Positions 22,601-35,760 of a stretch of DNA of 64,000 nt are shown piece by piece. The notes beneath the pieces were generated by a model, which was given only the letters and a program-made list of their open reading frames with translations, was not told the origin of the DNA and ran no database searches. Positions within the stretch are counted from its first letter, which is position 1. Each line of letters starts with the position of its first letter. A program made the translations under genes and the position numbers. The stretch comes from Yuukianura sp. NJ FZ-2021 (lineage: Eukaryota): the NCBI GenBank assembly GCA_046563655.1, contig CM102290.1:5952001-6016000 (forward strand). Reading direction: 5' to 3'.

Positions 22601-25600
22601 ATATAAACCGGTTGTAAACCGCGCATAACGAAATAGCTCAAGCCAAAAGACGGTTTACCCTCAGGTGGGGAATGTGGAATTACCCCCGGGTGAGTGGGGG
22701 TAGGTGCCCCCCACTGTTCAGCCCCCTCAGGGGAGTGGGGGTGTGTTCCCCTCACTTTTTCGCTCCGCACTCCAGGGGGCGTGGGTGTGTGTTCCCCACG
22801 CTTTTTTTCTCTGCAACCCAGGAGACGTGGGGGTGGGTCCCCTCACTTTTTCGCTCCCCAGGGGGAGTGGGGGTGTTCCAGCCAATTTCCCGCCTCCCAG
22901 GGGAAGTGGGGGTGTTCCCCGCACTTTTTTGCTCCGCTCCCCAGAAAGCGCGGGGGTGTGTTCCGCCACTTTTCCGCCCTCCAAAGAGAGTGGTGGTGTT
23001 CCCCCGCTTTTTTGCTCCGCACTCCAGGGGACGTGGGGGTGGGTTCCCCCACTTTTTGCTCCGCACCCCAGGGAGCGAGGGGGTGTGTTCCGCCACTTTT
23101 CCGCTTCCACCCCCGAGTGAGAGGTGGTAGGTTCCCCGGGGGAGAGGAGGTGTGTTCCCCAGGGGAGAGGTTAGGCTAGGTTAGGTTAGGACGTTAACCT
23201 AACCTAAAACGAGGTGTGTTTCCCGGAGGAGAGGGGGTGGGTTCGCCGGAAGAGAGGAGTGGGTTCGCCGGGGGCAAGGGGTGGGTTCCCCTGAGAAGAG
23301 GGGGTGGTTCCCCGGGGAGAGGGGGTGCGTTCTCCACTTCCTGACTCCCCATGGGGTGCAGCAGTGACTTCAAACAGAGATGTGGAGAAGCGGTGGGATC
23401 CGGATGAAGCAACAACAGAACGACTGGATAGGCGACACTGGACACAGTGCATGAGTGTGTATATGTCAACTGCGTAATAGATTTTTTGCTAAGCAGAGAA
23501 CCAAGTCCCTCGCCAATTGCCTTTCCAGTCTGACATGCAGTCTTTTTTTACCCACACTTGCATTACGAATGACTTTTGAAATTGATTTTGACCCGGAAGG
23601 AGTTGACCTAGGGTCACTTGATGTACACAACACACATGGGGGTGGGTTCCCCACTGTTTTGCTCCGCACCCCAGGGGGCGTGGGGGAGCGTTCCCCTAGT
23701 TTCTCACGCCCATCCCCCGGAGAAGCGGGAGTGTGTTCCCCGGGGGAAAGGTGGTGAGTTCCCCGGGGGGAGAAAGGGTGGGATTTCCGGGGGAAAGGTG
23801 GTGAGTTCCCCGGGGGGAGAGGGTGGGTTCTCCGGGGGAAGAGAGGGTGGATTCCCCGGGGGAAGAGGGAGTGGGTTTCCCAGAAGAGAGGCGGTGGGTT
23901 TCCCGGAAGAGAGGGGGTGTGTTCCCCGGTGGAGAGGGAGTGGGTTCCCCCGGCGTGTGGGGAAGGTTTCCCCGGAGGTGTGAGGGTGGGTCACCCGGGG
24001 GTATGGCGCGGTCCTCAACGCTTCCCAGCAAGCAGGACGTTAATATGAAAAAAAGTTGACCTTTGACCCGGAAGCAGGTCACTTGGGGTCATTTGATGTA
24101 CACAAAAGTTGTTGGTCTCGATGAGACGAACAACTTTTGTAGAGGTCATTTTCCATGTTACCGGGGGGTAGAACCGGTGACCTTGACCTTTGACCCGGAA
24201 GGAGTTGAGCCACCGGGATAATATTTAATAGTGAACAGGTTGGGGTCATGGGATGTTGATTGGTGAAAACGGGAACCAAATCGGTCCAGCAGTTTCTGAG
24301 ATAATTGAGCTGGACAGACGGACAGACGGACAGACAGACAGACATGAATCAGATTATTAAATAGTTTTCGCTATTTAATAAACCGGTTGTAAACCGCCCA
24401 TACTGATAATAGCGAAGCAATAGGCCCCCCGAAGGGGGTTTGTTCCCCCCACTTTCCTGCCTCCCCCCCGTTGGAAGTGGGGGTGTGTTTTCCCCACTTT
24501 CCCGCCCCCCCGGGGAGTAATGGTGTGTTTTCCCGCTTTTTTGCTCCGCACCCCAGGATGCGTGGGGGTGTGTTCCCCCCACTTTCCCGCCCCCCCCCCG
24601 GGGTAGTGGGGGTGTGCTCCCCCTCACTTTCCCGTCCCCCCCAGGGGGTGTTGACATGTGAGACGTGACAGCTGAGGCGTGACAGGTGACAGGTGAGACG
24701 TGACAGGTGACACCCGGCAAGTGACACGTGAGGGTGACAGGTGACACGTGAGGGTGACAGGTGACACGTGAGTGTGACAGGTGACACGTGAGTGTGACAG
24801 GTGACACGCGGCAAGTGACACGTGAGGGTGACAGGTGACACGCGGCACGTGGCAGGTGACACCCGGCAAGTGACAGGTGACACCCGGCATGTGACAGGTG
24901 ACACCCGGCACGTGATAAGTGACAGGTGACACCCGGCACGTGACAGGTGAGAGGTGACATCCGGAAAGTGACAGGTGACAGCTGACACCCGGCAAGTGAC
25001 AGGTGACAGCTGACACCCGGCAAGTGACAGGTGACACCCGGAAAGTGACAGGTGACACCCGGAAAGTGACAGGTGACACCCGGAAAGTGACAGGTGAGAG
25101 GTGACACCCGGAAAGTGACAGGTGAGAGGTGATACCCGGAAAGTGACAGGTGACAGCTGACACCCGGCACGTGACAGGTGAAGTGACAGATGAAGTGTGA
25201 CAGGTGACAGTTGAGTGTGTTAGTCAACTGCGTAATGGATTTTTTGCTAAGCAGAGAACCAAGTCCCATGCCAATTGCCTTTCCAGTCTCACAAGCAGAG
25301 TTTTTGTACCCACACTTGCATTACAAATGACCTTTAAAATCGATTTTGACCCGGAAGCAGGTGACCTAGGGTCACACATTACACACAAAAGTTGTTTGTC
25401 TTGATGAGATAAACAACTTTTGTAGAGGTCATTTTCTGGGTTACCAGGGATGAAACCGGTTGACCTTGACCTTTGACCCGGAAGGAGTTGCCCCACGGGG
25501 GTCATATTCAATAGTGAATAGGTCCGGGTCATGACATGGTCACTGGTGAAAACCCGGTTGAAATTGGTCCAATAGTTCCGGAGCAAATCGTTCTAATGTT

Positions 25601-26701
25601 TTCCGGGACAGACAGACAGACGGACAGACAAACCTCTTTTATCATAATAGCTTCGCTATTATAATAAACCGGTTGTAAACCGCCCATAATGATAATAGCG
25701 AAGATAGGGCCCCCCAAGGGGGTGTGTTCCCCCCACTTTCCCGCCCCCCAGGGGAGTGGGGATGTTCCCCGCACTTTTTTGCTCCGCACCCCAGGGAGCG
25801 CGGGAGGTGTTCCCCCCAATTTCCCGCCCCCCAGGGGAGTGGGGATGTTCCCCGCACTTTTTTGCTCCGCACCCCAGGGAGCGCGGGGTATGTTCCCCCC
25901 ACTTTTCGGCCCCCCCCCGGGTGAGTGTGGGTGTGTTCCCCCCACTTTCCCGCCCCCCCAGGGGGTGTTGACATGTGAGACGTGACAGTTGAGGAGTGAC
26001 AGGTGACAGGTGAGACGTGACAGGTGACACCCGGCAAGTGACACGTGAGGGTGACAGGTGACACGCGGCAAGTGACACGTGAGTGTGACAGGTGACACGC
26101 GGCAAGTGACACGTGAGTGTGACAGGTGACACGCGGCAAGTGACACGTGAGTGTGACAGGTGACACGCGGCACGTGACAGGTGACACCCGGTATGTGACA
26201 GGTGACACCCGGCAAATGACAGGTGACACCCGGCAATTAACAGGTGACAGGTGACACCCGGCAAGTGACAGGTGACACCCGGTGGACACAGTGCATGAGT
26301 GTGTGAAGTGTATATGTCAACTGCGTAATAGATTTTTTGCTAAGCAGAGAACCAACTCCCATGCCAATTGCCTTTCCAGTCTCACAAGCAGAGTTTTTTG
26401 TACCCACACTTGCATTACAAATGACCTTTGAAATCCATTTTGACCCGGAAGCAGGTGACCTAGGGTCACACATTACACACAAAAGTTGTTTGTCTTGATG
26501 AGATAAACAACTTTTGTAGAGGTCATTTTCTGGGTTACCAGGGATGAAACCGGTTGACCTTGACCTTTGACCCGGAAGGAGTTGCCCCACGGGGGTCATA
26601 TTCAATAGTGAATAGGTCCGGGTCATGAGATGGTCACTGGTGAAAACCCGGTTGAAATTGGTCCAATAGTTCCGGAGCAAATCGTTCTAATGTTTTCCGG
26701 G

Positions 26702-26752
<51 letters not shown>

Positions 26753-27890
26753 TCTTCTATAATAATAGCTTCGCTATTATAATAAACCGGTTGTAAACCG
26801 CCCATACTGATAATAGCGAAGCAATAGGCCCCCCGAAGGGGGTTTGTTCCCCCCACTTTCCCGACCCCCCCCCCCGGTGGAGTGGGGGCGTGTTTCCCCC
26901 ACTTTCCCGCCCCCCCCCGGGGAGTAGGAGTGTGTTCCCCCCACTCTCCCGCCCCCTCCCCAGGTGGTGTTGACAGGTGAGACGTGACAGCTGAGGCGTG
27001 ACAGGTGACAGGTGAGACGTGACAGGTGACACCCGGCAAGTGACACGTGAGGGTGACAGGTGACACGTGAGGGTGACAGGTGACACGTGAGTGTGACAGG
27101 TGACACGTGAGTGTGACAGGTGACACGCGGCAAGTGACACGTGAGGGTGACAGGTGACACGCGGCAAGTGACACGTGAGTGTGACAGGTAACACGCGGCA
27201 CGTGGCAGGTGACACCCGGCAAGTGACAGGTGACACCCGGCATGTGACAGGTGACACCCGGCACGTGATAAGTGACAGGTGACACCCGGCACGTGACAGG
27301 TGAGAGGTGACATCCGGAAAGTGACAGGTGACAGCTGACACCCGGCAAGTGACAGGTGACAGCTGACACCCGGCAAGTGCCAGGTGACACCCGGAAAGTG
27401 ACAGGTGAGAGGTGACACCCGGAAAGTGACAGGTGACAGCTGACACCCGGCACGTGACAGGTGAAGTGACAGATGAAGTGTGACAGGTGACAGTTGAGTG
27501 TGTTAGTCAACTGCGTAATGGATTTTTTGCTAAGCAGAGAACCAAGTCCCATGCCAATTGCCTTTCCAGTCTCACAAGCAGAGTTTTTGTTACACACACT
27601 TGCATTACAAATGACTTTTAAAATCGATTTTGACCCGGAAGCAGGTGACCTAGGGTCACACATTACACACAAAAGTTGTTTGTCTTGATGAGATAAACAA
27701 CTTTTGTAGAGGTCATTTTCTGGGTTACCAGGGATGAAACCGGTTGACCTTGACCTTTGACCCGGAAGGAGTTGCCCCACGGGGGTCATATTCAATAGTG
27801 AATAGGTCCGGGTCATGAGATGGTCACTGGTGAAAACCCGGTTGAAATTGGTCCAATAGTTCCGGAGCAAATCGTTCTAATGTTTTCCGG

Positions 27891-27921
<31 letters not shown>

Positions 27922-28590
27922 GGACAGACAAACCTCTTTTATCATAATAGCTTCGCTATTATAATAAACCGGTTGTAAACCGCCCATACTGATAATAGCG
28001 AAGCAATAGGCCCCCCGAAGGGGGTTTGTTCCCCCACTTTCCCGCCCCCCCAGGGGGTGTTGACAGGTGAGGCGTGACAGGTGACAGGTGACACCCGGCA
28101 AGTGACAGGTGACACCCGGCAACTGAGAGGTGACAGGTGACACCCGGCAGGTGACAGGTGACACCCGGTGGACACAGTGCACGAGTGTGTAAAGTGTATA
28201 CTATGCCAACTGCGTAATAGATTTTTTGCTAAGCAGAGAACCAAGTCCCATGCCAATTGCCTTTCCAGTCTCACAAGCAGAGTTTTTGTTACCCACACTT
28301 GCATTACAAATGACCTTTGAAATCCATTTTGACCCGGAAGCAGGTGACCTAGGGTCACATATTATACACAAAAGTTGTTTGTCTTGATGAGATAAACAAC
28401 TTTTGTAGAGGTCATTTTCTGGGTTACCAGGGATGAAACCGGTTGACCTTGACCTTTGACCCGGAAGGAGTTGCCCCACGGGGGTCATATTCAATAGTGA
28501 ATAGGTCCGGGTCATGAGATGGTCACTGGTGAAAACCCGGTTGAAATTGGTCCAATAGTTCCGGAGCAAATCGTTCTAATGTTTTCCGGG

Positions 28591-28625
<35 letters not shown>

Positions 28626-31167
28626 GACAGACAAACCACTTTTATCATAATAGCTTCGCTATTATAATAAACCGGTTGTAAACCGCCCATAATGATAATA
28701 GCGAAGAATAGGGAAGTTTTGTAAATCACACTGAAGCCCCCCCCCTCTCCAAAGGTGAGCGGGGGTGTGTTCCCCCAACTTTCCCGCCTCGCCGGGGAGT
28801 GGCGGTGTGTTTTGCCGCTTTTTTGCTCCGCACCCCAGGAGGCGTGGGGGTGTGTTCCCCCCACTTTCACGCCCCCCCCTTTCGGGGTAGTGGGCGTGTG
28901 TTCCCCCCACTTTCCCGCCCCTCCCAGGGGGTGTTGACAGGTGACACCCGGCAAGTGACACTTGAGGGTGACAGGTGACACGCGGCACGTGACAGGTGAC
29001 ACCCGGAAAGTGACAGGTGAGAGGTGACACCCGGAAAGTGACAGGTGACAGCTGACACCCGGCACGTGACAGGTGAAGTGACAGATGAAGTGTGACAGGT
29101 GACAGTTGAGTGTGTTAGTCAACTGCGTAATGGATTTTTTGCTAAGCAGAGAACCAAGTCCCATGCCAATTGCCTTTCCAGTCTCACAAGCAGAGTTTTT
29201 GTTACCCACACTTGCATTACAAATGACCTTTGAAATCCATTTTGACCCGGAAGCAGGTGACCTAGGGTCACATATTATACACAAAAGTTGTTTGTCTTGA
29301 TGAGATAAACAACTTTTGTAGAGGTCATTTTCTGGGTTACCAGGGATGAAACCGGTTGACCTTGACCTTTGACCCGGAAGGAGTTGCCCCACGGGGGTCA
29401 TATTCAATAGTGAATAGGTCCGGGTCATGAGATGGTCACTGGTGAAAACCCGGTTGAAATTGGTCCAATAGTTCCGGAGCAAATCGTTCTAATGTTTTCC
29501 GGGACAGACAGACAGACAGACGGACAGACAAACCACTTTTATCATAATAGCTTCGCTATTATAATAAACCGGTTGTAAACCGCGCATACTGATAATAGCG
29601 AAGCAATAGGGCCCTCCGAAGGGGGTTTGTTCCCCCCACTTTCCCGCCCCCCCCGGGGGTGTTGACAGGTGAGGCGTGACAGGTGACAGGTGACACCCGG
29701 CAAGTGACAGGTGACACCCGGCAACTGAGAGGTGACAGGTGACACCCGGCAGGTGACAGGTGACACCCGGTGGACACAGTGCACGAGTGTGTAAAGTGTA
29801 TACTATGCCAACTGCGTAATAGATTTTTTGCTAAGCAGAGAACCAAGTCCCATGCCAATTGCCTTTCCAGTCTCACAAGCAGAGTTTTTTTTTACCCACA
29901 CTTGCATTACAAATGACCTTTGAAATCCATTTTGACCCGGAAGCAGGTGACCTAGGGTCACATATTATACACAAAAGTTGTTTGTCTTGATGAGATAAAC
30001 AACTTTTGTAGAGGTCATTTTCTGGGTTACCAGGGATGAAACCGGTTGACCTTGACCTTTGACCCGGAAGGAGTTGCCCCACGGGGGTCATATTCAATAG
30101 TGAATAGGTCCGGGTCATGAGATGGTCACTGGTGAAAACCCGGTTGAAATTGGTCCAATAGTTCCGGAGCAAATCGTTCTAATGTTTTCCGGGACAGACG
30201 GACAGACGGACAGACAGACAGACGGACGGACAGACAAACCTCTTTTATCATAATAGCTTCGCTATTATAATAAACCGGTTGTAAACCGCCCATAATGATA
30301 ATAGCGAAGAATAGGGAAGTTTTGTAAATCACACTGAAGCCCCCCCCCTCTCCAAAGGTGAGCGGGGGTGTGTTCCCCCAACTTTCCCGCCTCGCCGGGG
30401 AGTGGCGGTGTGTTTTGCCGCTTTTTTGCTCCGCACCCCAGGAGGCGTGGGGGTGTGTTCCCCCACTTTCACGCCCCCTTTCGGGGTAGTGGGCGTGTGT
30501 TCCCCCCACTTTCCCGCCCCTCCCAGGGGGTGTTGACAGGTGACACCCGGCAAGTGACACTTGAGGGTGACAGGTGACACGCGGCACGTGACAGGTGACA
30601 CCCGGCAAGTGACAGGTGACAGGTGACACCCGGCAATTAACAGGTGACAGGTGACACCCGGTATTTGACAGGTGACACCCGGCAATTAACAGGTGACAGG
30701 TGACACCCGGCAAGTGACAGGTGACACCCAGTGGACACAGTGCACGTGTGTGTAGAGTGTATATGTCAACTGCGTAATAGATTTTTTGCTAAGCAGGGAA
30801 CCAAGTCCCATGCCAATTGCCTTTCCAGTCTCACAAGCAGAGTTTTTTTTTACCCACACTTGCATTACAAATGACCTTTGAAATCCATTTTGACCCGGAA
30901 GCAGGTGACCTAGGGTCACATATTATACACAAAAGTTGTTTGTCTTGATGAGATAAACAACTTTTGTAGAGGTCATTTTCTGGGTTACCAGGGATGAAAG
31001 CGGTTGACCTTGACCTTTGACCCGGAAGGAGTTGCCCCACGGGGGTCATATTCAATAGTGAATAGGTCCGGGTCATGAGATGGTCACTGGTGAAAACCCG
31101 GTTGAAATTGGTCCAGTAGTTCCGGAGCAAATCGTTCTAATGTTTTCCGGGACAGACGGACAGACGG

Positions 31168-31198
<31 letters not shown>

Positions 31199-32383
31199 AA
31201 CCACTTTTATCATAATAGCTTCGCTATTATAATAAACCGGTTGTAAACCGCCCATAATGATAATAGCGAAGAATAGGGAAGTTTTGTAAATCACACTGAA
31301 GTCCCCCCCCCTCCAAAGGTTAGCGGGGGTGTGTTCCCCCAACTTTCCCGCCCCGCCGGGGGAGTGGGGGTGTGTTTTCCCGCTTTGTTGCTCCGCACCA
31401 CAGGAGGCGTGGGGGTGTGTTCCCCCCACTTTCCCGCCCCCCAGGGGATGTTGGCAGGTGAGACGTGACAGCTGAGGCGTGACAGGTAACAGGTGAGACG
31501 TGACAGCTGAGGCGTGACAGGTGAGACGTGACAGCTGAGGCGTGACAGGTGACAGGTGACAGCTGAGGCGTGACAGGTGACAGGTGAGACGTGACAGCTG
31601 AGGCGTGACAGGTGAGACGTGACAGGAGGCGTGACAGGTGACAGGTGAGACGTGACAGCTGAGGCCGTGACAGGTGAGACGTGACAGCTGAGGCGTGACA
31701 GGTGAAACGTGACAGCTGAGGCGTGACAGGTGACAGGTGAGATGTGACAGCTGAGGCGTGACAGGTGACACCCGGCAAGTGACACGTGAGGGTGACAGGT
31801 GACACGCGGCAAGTGACAGGTGACACGCGGCACGTGACAGGTGACACGCGGCACGTGACAGGTGACACCCGGCAAGTGACAGGTGACAGGTGACACCCGG
31901 TATTCGACAGGTGACACCCGGCAATTAACAGGTGACACCCGGCAACTGACAGGTGACACACGGTGGACACAGTGCATGAGTGTGTAAAGTGTATAATGTC
32001 AACTGCGTAATAGATTTTTTGCTAAGCAGAGAATCAAGTCCCATGCCAATTGCCTTTCCAGTCTCACAAGCAGAGTTTTTTGTACCCACACTTGCATTAC
32101 AAATGACCTTTGAAATCCATTTTGACCCGGAAGCAGGTGACCTAGGGTCACACATTAAACACAAAAGTTGTTCCCCTCGATGAGATGAACAACTTTTGTA
32201 GAGGTCATTTTCCCGGTTAACAGGGATAAAACCGGTTGACCTTGACCTTTGACCCGGAAGGAGTTGCCCCACGGGGGTCATATTCAATAGTGAATAGGTC
32301 CGGGTCATGAGATGGTCACTGGTGAAAACCCGGTTGAAATTGGTCCAATAGTTCCGGAGCAAATCGTTCTAATGTTTTCCGGG

Positions 32384-32438
<55 letters not shown>

Positions 32439-33239
32439 TCTTCTATAATAATAGCTTCGCTATTATAATAAACCGGTTGTAAACCGCGCATACTGATAAT
32501 AGCTCAGAAATAAGGGGTTGCCCCCCCCCGGGGGATGGGAGTGTTCCCCCCACTTTCCCGCCCCTCCAGGCGGAGTGGGGGTGTTTCCCCCACTTTCTTG
32601 CCCCACCCCCAGAGGGTGAGGGTATTCCCCCCACTTTCCCGCCCCACCCCCAGGGGAGTGAGGGTGTTCCCTCCAATTTCCCGCCACCCAAGGGGAGTGG
32701 TGGTGTTCCCCACACTTTTTTGCTCCGCACCCCAGGGAGCGCGGGGATGTGTTCCTTCCATGGGGTGTCGCAGTGACTTCAAACAAAGATGTGGACGGAG
32801 GAGGGGTGGGATTCGGATGAAGCAACAACAGAACGAATGAATTAGGCGACTCTGGACACGTGTATATGTCAACTACGTAGATTTTTCGCTAAGCAGAGAA
32901 CCAACTCGCCATGCCAATTGCCTTTCCAGTCTCACAAGCAGAGTTTTTTTTAGCCACACTTGCATTACAAATGACCTTTAAAATCGATTTGGACCCGGAA
33001 GCAGGTGACCTAGGGTCACACATTACACATAAAAGTTGTTGCTCTCGATGAGACGAACAACTTTTGTAGAGGTCATTTTCCATGTTACCGGGGATCAAAC
33101 CGGTTGACCTTGACCTTTGGCCCGGAAGGAGTTGACACCCGGGGGTCACATTCAATAGTGACCAAGCCCGGGTCATGACATGATCACTGGTGAAAACCGG
33201 AATCAAATCGGACCAGTAGGTTCTGAGATAATTAATCCG

Positions 33240-33291
<52 letters not shown>

Positions 33292-33326
33292 AACCACTTT
33301 TATCATAATAGCTTCGCTATTATAAT
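22601..33326 (-). repeat. Head-to-tail tandem array of 10 HINE family 1 (non-autonomous Helentron) units
   Basis: Junction motif cttcgctattat|aataaaccggttgtaaaccgc (slightly variant at the first) at ~24378, 25664, 26782, 27964, 28667, 29564, 30270, 31232 and 32468. Each unit has a conserved ~450-bp core, GACA/GACG microsatellite, and variable GTGACAG and G/C-rich blocks; unit length is ~0.7-1.8 kb. Confidence 0.85.
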
Positions 33327-33637
33327 GGGCCCAAGGTAAACAGAATACTACTAGGTAGTGCGAATGGAAAGTTTGTTTGGTTGCCATGTGGAAAAAAAAT
33401 GACGTCACTCGCTGAAAAATACCGGAATTCTGCCCATTAATGATGGTGTTCTATAGAAACCCGTAAGACGCATCTTGTTTACATAGATGCCAGCGGGTTT
33501 CAACTTCACGATTACGGTAATTTTTCAGCGGGTGACGTCACAAACAAAAATTGTGTTGGTTGCTATGGGCGCCATTTGCAGGGGCTGGTGAGGGCCTAAA
33601 AATGTAGGGCCTAAAGTGCTGAGGGCCTAATTTATCG

Positions 33638-34924
33638 TAGCAGGTCATAGCCGCCAAACCAAAAGCCGCCAATCAATAGCGGCCAATTTCTAATGCCGCC
33701 AATTCCTTAGCCGCCAATCTTAAAGCGGCCAATTTCTAAATGATTAAAGCCGCCAATGGGTAAAGTCGACAAAACCATAGAGTTACCATGACGATTCGAT
33801 TTTTTTTCCTTTAACTAGAGTGGACATAAGGCATTTTTTCAACAAAACTTTTGAAGCATTTACAAAGCGAAAAAAAAAAACGTTTTCATCTTAAGTTTAA
33901 GCCAGGTTCACACAAACTATGAATTGCCACACGGTGAGGCAATGTTGGGACTTACTATGGATGGATTGCACTATGTGACAACGTCTGTGCTTATATACTT
34001 AATTAATTAAATGCATTAAATAATTAATTATCATATTGTAGCAATGCCACAAAAGTGTACACCGCTGGGGTACAATTTTCGCTCGTTAACCCTTACTGCA
34101 GCACAAAAGGTATTCAAAATACCGGTATTCCCGCTTTGTCAAATTCAAAAGTTTAGACACATCGAAAGTACATTTTGTATTTATATTTAATAATCACCAA
34201 TTTTAAGTACGATTAGCACTAATAAGCGAAATTTTTATCGAATTTGTTGATTAAGATATTCAAATGTAATTTTATTCAAATCATCTGCTCGATCCTTTAA
34301 GAAGAAGAAATGTTTGGGTTGATGAGCCATTTTCTTGACACACCACTTGTCACAATTACTGCCAAAACATACATGGACAGATTTTTTTTTCTAGAAAACC
34401 AACTTTACACATTTTTGACAATTTTAGAACTTTTCAGAAATTAACGCTTCAATTTCATTTTTTATCGTGAGAACCGGGCTTAAACTTCAGATGAAAGTGG
34501 TTTTTATCCGCTCTGATTCGCTCTAGAAATGCTTCAAAAATTTTGTTGAAAAAATGCCTTATGTCCACTCTAGTTAAAGGGAAAAAAATCGAATTGTCAG
34601 GGTAACTCTATGGACAAAACTAAAAACTGGTTTTAATTTAATCTAGGTAGGCTATTTAGGTTGTGTTATACTTGATTAACGTACGTTAGGTTTGGTTAGG
34701 TCACGTTAATGTGAGTTACCACGTAGGGTGATTACCTTAAGTTATAATCAGCAGTTTCTAATTTTGTCGGCTTTAATCACTGGCGGCTATTGACGTTGGC
34801 TGCTTTAAAATAGGCCGCCAAGGAATTGACGGCTTTAGAAATTGGTCGGTTTAGGATTGGCGGCTTTAGAAATTGGCCGCTATTGATTGGCGGCTTTTGG
34901 ATTGGCTGCTATGACCTGGCACCC
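33638..34924. mobile_element. MITE with gccgccaa subrepeats, host of the nested P/hAT-like MITE
   Basis: gtagcaggtcatagccgcc... / ...ggctgctatgacctggcacc inverted ends. Confidence 0.55.
33776..34612. mobile_element. P/hAT-like MITE (CATAGAG termini), copy 2
   Basis: Termini catagagttacc/ggtaactctatg; perfect 8-bp TSD GACAAAAC at 33768-33775 and 34613-34620. Confidence 0.8.
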
Positions 34925-34941
34925 TAATTTAGGTTAGGTTA

Positions 34942-35406
34942 TGCTGGATTCACATTACACCCGCAACTTGCAGACTTTCTGCTAGTTGCAAGTTGTCACA
35001 GTTTTCTGCTTTCTGCGAGTTGCGTGTTCACACTGGACCTTTTCTCGAGTCCCGAATGATAAGGAAAGTTGCGGGGAGACGCTTCAAAGGAGGCACATCC
35101 AAAGTGGCGTTCATATGTGAACACTTTCACTTTGGGAATAGGGGAAAACATGCAGTTTCTGCCTTTCAGCTTCGTTTGACGAAGCTCACAAAATCTTGTC
35201 TGCGCAACCCTTTTGGAGCAGATTTTCTGCCGCAGTTTTGTGAGTGTGAACAGAAGCCGCAACTCCTTTCGGTAGAAAAAGCTGCCCGCAACTTTTGATA
35301 AAATTTTCTGCACATTCCAATTTCTAGTGTGAACGACGCGCATCAGCAGAGACCACCCAGAATTCGAGCAGAAATCTGCGAGTTGCGGTGTAATGTGAAT
35401 CCAGCA
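34942..35406. mobile_element. PIF/Harbinger-like MITE
   Basis: TIR tgctggattcacattacac / gtgtaatgtgaatccagca; TSD TTA. Confidence 0.75.
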
Positions 35407-35760
35407 TTAGGGCCTAATGGCGTGCTGCGATTTGAATCTGAATCTGACACGGATTTCGTCCACGCCTGACGCTCATGTTTTCCAAATTCAAAAAAAAAAA
35501 AAGAAAGCGCGGGAGGGGAAAAGTCGATCTGGGTATTGCAATTTGTCAATTTGCCAAATGATGAAATTTGACAACGAACAAAACAAGCAGAAACGAAAAA
35601 ATATGTGGCGAAACACAAATGAATTAAGATTTAAAGTGGATTAAAGTTAAATAATTAGTAAATTATGCCGGGCGCTAGTTTATCCAAAACTGAAATCATA
35701 TTTGTAATAATTACAAAATTTTCTCCCTATTTCTCTTTCCTCTTTGAAAAAAAAAAATTC

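Noticed and set aside
22672..33206. Many long overlapping ORFs (CHLSPVT- and GG/PP-rich) in the array
   Set aside because: They are open in several frames on both strands because the minisatellite lacks stop codons; no domain signal.
22601..33326. CRISPR-like repeat/spacer interpretation of the array
   Set aside because: Eukaryotic context, ~1-kb units, variable parts are minisatellites rather than unique spacers, and no cas genes.
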